20,000 nucleotides of DNA. Source: Halocafeteria seosinensis (lineage: Eukaryota). This document shows positions 11,869 through 20,000 of this stretch, in pieces. The first letter of the stretch is position 1, and every line of letters starts with the position of its first letter. The stretch lies in assembly GCA_001687465.1 (NCBI GenBank), contig LVLI01000304.1, positions 48,046 to 68,045 on the forward strand, given 5' to 3'. The notes under the pieces were generated by a model. The model was not told the DNA's origin, did not search any database, and saw only the letters and a program-made list of their open reading frames with translations. The position numbers and the translations under genes were made by a program.

Positions 11869-11975
11869 AGTATTGTAATGTTAAAAAATATCTAAAGAAA
11901 ATACATATACACATAATTCCTGAACGTGTATCATTAAATAAGTTAGGACTACTCACATCATTCAGAAATCTAACA

Positions 11976-13625
11976 TTACTCTGGGGCAAAGCAGACCGGG
12001 CAGATCCTCCGCGTGTCTTTACATAGTGTTCGGGTTGCATGCCAACAGCAGCCTGCCTTCCAACATTCGAATGGAGTATGCAGATGACAGTCCAATCGAC
12101 GCTGAGGATCAACGCGGCAATGAGGACCTTTAACTTTTCCTGCATGCAGAGAGAAAGCACCAAATATTACAACCAGGAGCAATGAATACCAATCAAAGCA
12201 TCTTACTCCATGAATCATCATCTGTCGTAAACTCAGAGGTTTCTTCGATGACGTTCTCAGCATGAGGATACTCCTGCTGCCACTGTTTGTGACAGTTGGG
12301 TAGATTCTTGCAGAATTTGTCGGTAGGGTTAGGGGGAGCGCCTGCCACACAAAATTTAGACTTTGTAACGCATTAGAACCTCTACTGGTTATTCACTAAC
12401 AGAAGGATATGACCGCGTACCTTTGTACGTTTTTGAAATATCTTCACCTGGGTTAAGACATTTATCTCGGAGGCTTTGGTACACGCTCTGCAGTATTAGT
12501 GCATCAGAAGTAAACGACGACCAAGCAATGTGTAACTATGCAAGGCATACATCAAAGTTGTGCTTTGTCACAATCCTTCCTGTAAGGCTGACAGTGGGAT
12601 ACCCATGATTTCGGGTCTCATGCCACCAGTTAGACGGATAGTATACAACGTCCCCCGGGTAAAGGAGAATACGACCACACCGTGCTCGCTTAGCTTGGGG
12701 TCGCTGCCGGAAGTCTGGTTCGAACGTATTCACCTTTCCAGCACCTCCGAACAAATGCTCATCTTGTGGCGGACATAATATCCATTCCTTCAAACCAGCA
12801 ACCTGAATACAGAGATTTGACCCCTTTTGAGAAAACCGAGAGCTTAAGGGGTTTCAAATATGCACTTACCTGAGCTTGCCAAGCTCCTGTATAAAATGCA
12901 TCCCAGTGGTGAAACATACCGGCACCATCGTTACCTGGAGAACCAGACCCCATGGTTCAAAAGTTTACAGCTAAAATACCCCAATACCAGTCCATACCAA
13001 TTATTAACAAGTGCCATGAAGTAACTCGTTGAAAATTATTACGGGTTTCTTCATCTTCGAAACACTGATCCACCCAGGGACTCTGTAGAAACTTTGGGAG
13101 TGGATCCACATACTCGAGAAAATGCCTTGTCGCATTGATAGTCATTCTCCACTGCATCAACCGAGGAAACGGCGTGCCTGTTAAGTGACTTGTACGTGTT
13201 GACAGCATTGATGCAGCAAGTAGACGTACTTGTAAATACTTTGGTGTCTCGTTGTCTCGAAGTTCATCCAAGGCTGTCCGGAACGGAATCAAATAGGGCT
13301 TGTTGCCAATGTCGATAAGGTTGTTCGGATAGAACTCCACAATAGCATCCGAATAGTTGGTCGCTAATTCTTCGACAGGGAATTCATGCAGTCCTTTCCA
13401 TTTGGATCCTATGCCAGATAACACGAACGGCATGTCCCCAGTGCGTACATCTTCGGAAGCCGCGGCGAATTCTTCCATCGTGAATCGTGGAATCCTCACG
13501 TATTTAAAGCCATGAGCCCGTGTCGTAGTATACGCCTCCGCAGCGAAATACCCTCCATTGTGTTGGGGATAAAAAAGGCCAAGCAATATAATCAATACGG
13601 GAGAGAACGCCGGCGGTATCATCAT
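11976..13625 (-). CDS. Secretory-pathway JmjC (cupin_8/JMJD8-like) 2OG-Fe(II) dioxygenase with C-terminal trefoil-like domain (~410 aa); exons 13625-13230, 13151-12998, 12934-12870, 12802-12551, 12487-12421, 12341-12207, 12139-11976
   Basis: Hydrophobic N-terminus; PFVLSG...W; GAGMFHHWD (HxD), WQAQVAGLKEWILCPP, PGDVVYYPSNWWHETRN (distal His). Last exon CRVDPQRRLDC...ECWKAGCCW...PVCF. Six GT-AG introns preserve frame (1233 nt). Confidence 0.82.
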
Positions 13626-13670
13626 TATTCAACGCTGTGCCTCTTCCACAGAGGATGGATTCTGTCGAAT

Positions 13671-13695
13671 ACACACACACACACACACACACACA
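13671..13695. repeat. (AC)n microsatellite, about 12 units
   Basis: Directly visible, upstream of the JmjC start. Confidence 0.95.
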
Positions 13696-13822
13696 AACGT
13701 TCACATACAATATTACACATACACAGGGAGGATGGCGTTATAATGGTTATGTACTACACACACCCGATATTACGCTCTACAGAAGACGAACTGAGCTGAC
13801 TGAGCTTGAAGTTTTGCACTTG

Positions 13823-13855
13823 TGAGTATTACTCCTACAGTTTGAGTAATACTCA
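13823..13855. repeat. 12-bp perfect inverted repeat with 9-nt loop
   Basis: TGAGTATTACTC-ctacagttt-GAGTAATACTCA. Confidence 0.85.
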
Positions 13856-13923
13856 TACTGTTCACGTGGTGTTGACTAGTTTGTTCACAAATACTTATTC
13901 TCAAGGATACGGTGACTTTAAAG

Positions 13924-14439
13924 ATGGAGGAGCACTCTGAAATTGGTCACAGGGAGGAGGAGGAGGAGGAGGAGGAGCAGCAGCACAATGCGGATAGAGA
14001 TAGCAAGAGTGGTCACAAGCATAAGAACACTGATGACCGTGATGAGCAGCAGAGAATTATAGACACAACGACTAAGATGCTAGAAGAACAGGAGAAGGCG
14101 TTTGAGGCGGTGGAAGGATCCCAAACAGGCCTCAGGGATACACTGAAGAAAGCAATTGCAGGTATGTCGGACTCCACTATGTTCGAATGAAGTGTTATAT
14201 GCAAGGATTAGCGACTCTTCCGTACAGATATACGGCAAGTCAAAGAAGAACTCCAACGAGGTCCCAATGACACAGACGACCAGAAGAATGCCGATGATAT
14301 CATGGCGGAGGCTGGTACTCTATTCAATGACATCTGTGGCAGAGCCTCCGAAATTGATGCAATTCTTCGCGAGACAGATGACGCGCTAAACAACACTGTT
14401 AATCTTGTTGCCGAAGGGTCAAAAAAGGCTGAAAAGTAA
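13924..14439 (+). CDS. Small acidic coiled-coil protein, possibly Snapin/Pallidin (BLOC-1)-like (149 aa); exons 13924-14161, 14228-14439
   Basis: G|GTATGT...TACAG intron joins in frame; AVEGSQTGLRDTLKKAIADIRQVKEEL resembles Snapin helix 1 (AVRESQVELREQI); second helix RASEIDAILRETDDAL. The family call is tentative. Confidence 0.55.
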
Positions 14440-14702
14440 TCAAGTCCCTAGTGGTGTTCGCACAGCCAGATGGAGTGGGGTGTCACATTGAGGTTATCAC
14501 AACTTGTATGTACCCAACACGTGGAACGGCGTTTTATGTATTCATCATCCTAGGAGAGACAAAAAAGGCTGAAAAGTAATCAAGTCCCTAGTGGTGTTCG
14601 CACAGCCAGATGGAGTGGGGTGTCACATTGAGGTTATCACAACTTGTATGTACCCAACACGTGGAACGGCGTTTTATGTATTCATCATCCTAGGAGAGAC
14701 AA
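14420..14702. repeat. Perfect tandem duplication, 2 x 140 bp (14420-14559, 14560-14699) plus CAA microhomology
   Basis: Both copies read CAAAAAAGGCTGAAAAGTAATCAAG...CATCCTAGGAGAGA identically, with period 140. Confidence 0.97.
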
Positions 14703-16532
14703 CTACCACCAGCTACCACGGTGGTAGTCGTTGGTAAAAGTATCTTGAAAGACCTTTACGATTTCTGGATTCGTTACTTCTACATTGAAGTCACGATTAA
14801 CAGGTTGCCAGTCTTTATCGGGAAATGGAGGATATGTTCCATTCCCTGAAATATCATCAGGATAGTCTGTAGGGCTCCAGTTGCCAGTGCTAAGACCTAG
14901 CCTCTTCCCGTCGACGATCCAGTACTTCTGATGACTGAAGTCATAGTAACTCGGGGTAGCGCGCGGGTCAAAATTGTGATAGCTTAGTAACTCATAGCAT
15001 TTCTTAGCTATTTCATAGTCGCTATAACTGTAAATCCGCTTGCTCACCAGCAAGGTTACTGCAGCACGGGGGATGATGGTGTCGTCGGACCATCTACATG
15101 AACCGCACTCAAGCATGAGTTACATACCATTGATGCCGGCGTTATGGACATCGAGCAGTTTCTGACACAAGTTCTGGTCGGTAATCTGGTAAATGAAGAG
15201 CTCAAACGACTCCTTTGCACTGTTAATGTCTTCAAATAGTCTCGGCCGCGCATAATCCGGGCTGGCAAAGATACCAAGATCCATTGGGGTCGTAACAAAT
15301 TGAGGCTTTGGTGTGATATACGCTCCTTCGAAGTGTGGCTGAGGAGGCACATTAACGGGGAGAATGGCTCTGTGTCCAACGAAAGTAATAAGACCAATTT
15401 ATTGTATTTGCCATGCTCAGAAACAAGTACCCCTTATGCTTACGGGTCCGTGATAATTTTCATCTGAGATTTGGAGTATGACTGTTGCACAGTATACTCT
15501 TTGCCTTCTTGCCAATCATGGAGAAACACATTCTCCGCAAAGTTTCGTAGTTGCAGCGTACCATCTCCAGCATATATGAAACTGCATCAAATATATGTGT
15601 ATATCTACCACCAATCCGATGACGGTGTCTCCGAACTTAACGTACCCAGCTTCCCTGTTTTTCATAAAGGACGCTTTGGAGAAGTTAACTGACGAAATTG
15701 CCGATTTCTGAGGTAAACAAGGTTATCCAGGCAAAATATACCAATTCAATATATCATTAAGGGTCAGTTAAACTTACTGTTCCGTTCGAATTCATGTATT
15801 TTGCATGCCAAAATGTCGTTGTCGTATACGTCCGTATTTCAACACCGTTCAAAGCAAGATAGTCCAGCGGGGCAATCTGTCCAGAACATGTAGCCGTTCC
15901 GTAGTCGTTAGTTAATAGCTTAACATGAACTCCTCGTCGGATCGCATTCAACAGAGCCGGGAAAAGCGGGAAGGTTTCATTTTGCATCTTCGGAACATCG
16001 CAACCGACACAGTTGCCATTGGAACCGTGCTGAGTATAGGTGCATCCTATCCAACTGTCCCACCCTGCGCAGGAAAAGCCCAGTGATTCGTAGATGTGAA
16101 TGATAGTAGAGGCCTGTATCGTCCTCAGGATCCCAACGGTATCCCTACTTCAACTTGACCAGGATTACGCGTGGTAGTGCTCTACAAGCAGCCCTTTCAC
16201 CTACCTGGTTCTCCGATATGAAGGTATCCGTTATCCGGTACGTCCTGAATGAATTCAGTCAATGTCTGCACGGACCAATCGGGCGAAAAGAAAGGAGCAA
16301 CCGAAGCGGAGTCTACCCCCGCTTGGCTCAAGGGTTGGAATTGACTGGTATATGTGGTAGTTTGATGATCATACGATGGGCGACTCGGTGCAGCATCGTC
16401 AGTATCATCGTCGTAATAGGTCCAAGATTTGGTATTTGGCCTTAAATGGGACTTTCTGGCAGCGCCAGAGCCACCAATAGCAGCTACCATGAGCAGCAAT
16501 AAGCTGCAAACCTTGGGACCGTTTGGTTTCAT
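14703..16532 (-). CDS. Secreted phospholipase D superfamily protein, paralogue A (~470 aa); exons 16532-16205, 16064-15778, 15707-15646, 15581-15444, 15369-15128, 15058-14703
   Basis: Signal peptide (SLLLLMVAAIGGSGA); PFFSPD; LLNAIRRGVHVKLL; HAKYMNSNGT|KSAISSVNFS...NREAG; FASPD...AKESFELFIYQI; HQKYWIVDGKRLGLSTGNWS...NRD. Five GT-AG introns preserve frame (1413 nt). Confidence 0.88.
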
Positions 16533-16925
16533 AGCAACAAACTGCTGTGCGTACTCACAGCAGGGAAATCGTCGATACCCTTATTACCACACTAACAAAC
16601 ATGGAGAACAATAAGTGCAGGTTGGTCTGACAATACTTAAGCAGTGGGTGCATCTAGAGTCTAGACTACCCGGGTACAGGGTATGGATTGTTGAAGATGC
16701 GATGCCAAACTGTGTGCTAACGAGCGGAAGAATTCCACCCGTTAAGTGTCATTGTGTTGAATGTTCATTTAAATACATGAACAAGAGCTGGGAGCGTGGT
16801 CGCTACTGATAGCGTTGGTGGTCTGCTAGGTGAATACACCTCGATAATTTCACACCCGCCTCCCTAAAGTCGCCGGCGGTACACAATGGCCATTGGTCGC
16901 TCATCTACAAGCACAAGCCAATTCT

Positions 16926-18795
16926 TTACCACCAGTCACCGCGCCACCAATCTTCCGTGAAAGTCTTGTGGAAGATTTGCGAAATCTCCTTGCTTTGAAC
17001 CTGGACATTGATGTCCCGGTTAAGGTGTTGCCAATCCGGGTTGGGGAACGCAGGGAACGTGTGGTTGCCGGTGAGGTCGAAGGCAATGTCGGTGGAGGCA
17101 AAGTTGCCTGCAGATAGAGATCAAAAAACGTCGGAGAGGATACAGTAATATATTGTACAACGAACTTACCTGTGCTGAGCCCGATGGTTTCTCCATCGAT
17201 GATCCAAAATTTCTGATGTGCAAACGAATAGTACTGTGGACTCTCGCGAACGCGACAGTTGTGATGATTGAGCATTTCGTAGCACTTTTTAGCATGCTGC
17301 CACTCGAAATGTCCGACAATATAGTTGCTCACCAACACCGAAACGTTGACACCGAAAGAGTGTCGATCCAGAATTTTGTAGCAAATGTCCATATCCGTAA
17401 TCTCGTATATATACAACTCGAAAGACTTCTTTGCGCTATCCAAGGCATTGAAGAGTTCTTCACGGGCTGTATCCGGATTCACCCATATAGAAGTATTGAA
17501 CGGGCCCGTATGAAATTTCGGTTCCGGGGTGGTGTATGATCCATTGATACTGGGATACGGTATGGTTACCGGAATCTTGCTCCTGCACACCCGTTTCGCA
17601 CAGTGAAATTCCGGTCTTCGATAAACGACGGCATGAATATGCACTCACGGATCAGTGATGTTCTGCATCTGAGAATGGCTGTAATCTTGTCGCGCAGTAT
17701 AGGGTATACCCATCTTCCAGTCATACTCAAAGACACTATCCACGTATTGTCGGACAGAGTCAATGTCGTTTCCAGAGATGACGAAGCTGCCCATAAAAAA
17801 GAGAAGCTTGAGAGTCTGTGCAGTTATGTCAACGAGTACAAGGCTACAATGAACGTAACCTTACCCAGACTCGCGGTTCTCCAAAAATGAGGTCTGGGAG
17901 AAGTTCACGGACGAAATCGCTATCTTCTGTATTGCAAAGTTCGGGCCTGAGTCACGCTTGCAGATTTCAACAACAGCTCAACTATCACTCCTACCTTGCC
18001 ATTAGCATTGATGTACTTAGTATGCCAGATGGTAGTTGTGCGATAGGATTTCACCTCAATGCCATTGAGGGCGAGGAAGTCCAACGGAGCGATTTGACCG
18101 TCGCAAGTATCTGCATGTAACTCGCTTAATGATTTCAATCAAGAAGACTAGCAAAACTGCGATTTCACGTCGACTTACAATCCCCCCAATCATTCGTGAG
18201 TATTCTGACCTTCACTCCTCGATGAACAGCATTGAGGAGAGCCCCCCAGATAGGGAATTTCTCCTTATTTCGCATCTTCTCAATGGGACAACCTTGGCAC
18301 TTATGCCCATCCACATGTTGCTCATCGGTGCATCCAACCCAGCTACTCCAAGCTGCAAGAAGAAAAGACGGCACTAGTAACAATTTCGTACCGGTGGTTG
18401 CAATTCCCAAGATCCAGTTCACTTACACGGTGTTCCGACATCCACATACCCGTCATCAGGGACGTCTTGGATGAGTTTAGTCAGGGTTTTGGCCGACCAT
18501 TCAGGAGAAAAGAAAGGTGCAATCTCGATGTCAGCATCTGTGGTGAAAGCAAGCACATGATCTTGGGATGAGCGGACCGAGGAGGGACAACCGACCTACC
18601 TTTGCCCACCCATGTATCAAATTGCTTTTTATACGTGGTATTCTGATGGTCATAACTGGGACCATCGCTTCGCAATGCACCACGGATGTTGCTGTGGAGC
18701 CGATGTAAGGCTTCGTGCTCTGCATACACGGTTGTAAAAGAGGATAGAACAACCGCGGAGAGCAGCAGCCCCTTCCCGGCCAACGACACTCTCAT
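16926..18795 (-). CDS. Secreted phospholipase D superfamily protein, paralogue B (~463 aa); exons 18795-18600, 18537-18427, 18352-18179, 18110-17995, 17926-17865, 17786-17649, 17582-17170, 17107-16926
   Basis: Signal peptide (LLLSAVVLSSFTTVYA); PFFSPE; LLNAVHRGVKVRIL; HTKYINANGK|KIAISSVNFS...NRESG; HQKFWIIDGETIGLST|GNF...NRD. Collinear with paralogue A; seven introns preserve frame (1392 nt). Confidence 0.88.
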
Positions 18796-19224
18796 CGTCT
18801 TTTTCTCTCCAGACAAGGATAATTGCGCCCTAGGGCAAGACTATATCGACACGAGAAACCTCGGACATTCAGTTTGTGTGTACGCTTGGCCCAAACAAAC
18901 AACACAAACACGCAATTTTAGCTATCGGAGGCCCGGCCTCCGAGGCCGACGGAGTCAACGTCGCAGAACATGCTTCCCCATTCCCCCCGACAACTGGCAG
19001 TTTTGTACTTCAGCCGCGCGTAGGGAATGTCAAAATTGAGAGAATTGATTACGTGCTCGATATTTTCCGGTTGTACAACTGATACCGGTTGGCTCGTACC
19101 TACGTGTAACATCTGGTAAACATCGCTATTACAGTAGTCCCGAGAAGCAGGCCAGAGACGTGGAAGGAAGAAGGCGCAACGGCGTTCATGATAGATTCCA
19201 TAAGAATCACTGTACAACGGAAAA

Positions 19225-19584
19225 ATGGAAGGAGCCGAAATAGCTGTAGTATCCATTCCGGTATCGGACCAGCAAGATGCTAAACGCTTTTACACGGAAG
19301 TGTTGAAATTCGAACTCGTTAAAGACGAGAAAATGGATGAGTCGTCCAACTGGATTCAGGTACGACCTACTGGAAGTTCAGCAACATTCTCACTTTGGGC
19401 AACAAACTCGATCCACCCTACCTGCATTGTACTAGAAGTGACGAACTTAGAGACGGCAGTAAAAGAATTGCGACAACAAGGAGTGGAAGTATCCGAGCCC
19501 AAGGAACAGCACTGGGGGACATTCTCGATGCTTAAAGACCCTGATGGCAACACCATTGTCCTGAAAATTAAGTGTCGAGACTAA
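19225..19584 (+). CDS. VOC / glyoxalase-bleomycin resistance family protein, intronless, 119 aa
   Basis: IAVVSIPVSDQQDAKRFYTEVLKF, WIQVRP, IVLEVTNLETAVKELRQQGV, EQHWGTFSMLKDPDGNTIVL: the typical paired beta-alpha-beta-beta-beta VOC pattern. Confidence 0.88.
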   Translation: MEGAEIAVVSIPVSDQQDAKRFYTEVLKFELVKDEKMDESSNWIQVRPTGSSATFSLWATNSIHPTCIVLEVTNLETAVKELRQQGVEVSEPKEQHWGTFSMLKDPDGNTIVLKIKCRD

Positions 19585-19712
19585 AGATTCACCCTTTTTC
19601 CTTGATATGGCAATACAATCTACGTTTGTCCAGATGTCCAGCCATTGTAAACAGCACGCTGTCAGAAGCACACTGTGGTCAACTTCCCGGCCGGTGGGCT
19701 ATCTGTCACATT

Positions 19713-19735
19713 TGTGTGTGTGTGTGTGTGTGTGT
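19713..19735. repeat. (TG)n microsatellite, about 11 units
   Basis: Directly visible. Confidence 0.95.
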
Positions 19736-19917
19736 CAAGCACTCGTACGGGTACGGATGATGTCATCATGATGAGGGATAAAGATCAATACTTCCTGTAG
19801 CTTGGCCTAACAATAAATGAGACATTGCACTTTGATTGACGCTCAATACCCTGAGCCCCCTCCCGCGTCAGGTGGAGGCTTGTCATTGGTCACAACTGTT
19901 GCGTCGGGAACAACACT

Positions 19918-20000
19918 TCATCCTGCCTGCGCTGCTGCAACCGGTCTTGGCGTTGGCGCCGCTGTGGCAGGCTCAGGGTCTTCTCCTGCCAGACTGAGCC
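19918..20000 (-). CDS. Possible 3' end of a gene entering from beyond the window
   Basis: GC-rich stretch reading LSLAGEDPEPATAAPTPRPVAAAQAG-stop on the minus strand; the frame cannot be confirmed. Confidence 0.3.
   Translation of the reverse strand, partial: LSLAGEDPEPATAAPTPRPVAAAQAG

Noticed and set aside
13504..13825. ORFs with VCVCVC / THTHTH repeats (also 19572-19760)
   Set aside because: Translations of (AC)n/(TG)n microsatellites.
14420..14702. Direct repeat as CRISPR array or LTR pair
   Set aside because: Two abutting copies with no spacer or internal region, no TG...CA ends, no cas or pol genes, and a eukaryotic context.
14703..19584. PLD pair plus VOC as a prokaryote-like defence operon
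   Set aside because: The PLDs are intron-rich with signal peptides and the VOC gene is divergently oriented; nothing links them except adjacency.
19768..19854. Box C (ATGATGA) and box D (CTGA) at snoRNA-like spacing
   Set aside because: No terminal stem and no rRNA-complementary guide that I can recognise; would need snoscan or Infernal.
19843..19920. Minus-strand frame continues 24 codons past the TGA at 19920-19918 (possible readthrough)
   Set aside because: The frame itself is unverified and this much open sequence is expected by chance in GC-rich DNA.

Overview
Compact eukaryotic (protist-type, tentatively stramenopile-like from the ISWI sequence) nuclear DNA with standard genetic code, short GT-AG introns (mostly ~60-90 nt) and intergenic gaps of ~100-450 bp, so the ORF track fragments most genes. 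Manual splicing gives 11 gene models plus a possible partial: partial NOPCHAP1/DUF4598-like (+), MCMBP (-), ISWI/SNF2 remodeller (-), a DUF4787-like Cys-rich protein absent from the ORF track (-), centrin (+), a disordered orphan (+), a signal-peptide JmjC dioxygenase with a C-terminal trefoil-like domain (-), a Snapin/Pallidin-like coiled-coil protein (+), two tandem secreted PLD-superfamily paralogues (-) and an intronless bacterial-type VOC/glyoxalase (+). Most notable are the JmjC-trefoil architecture, the PLD pair (HxKxxxxN first motif, discordant introns), the VOC gene as an HGT candidate and a perfect 140-bp tandem duplication. I see no convincing multi-gene novel system, CRISPR array, tRNA, rRNA or transposon. 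All family calls come from motif recognition, not database searches.
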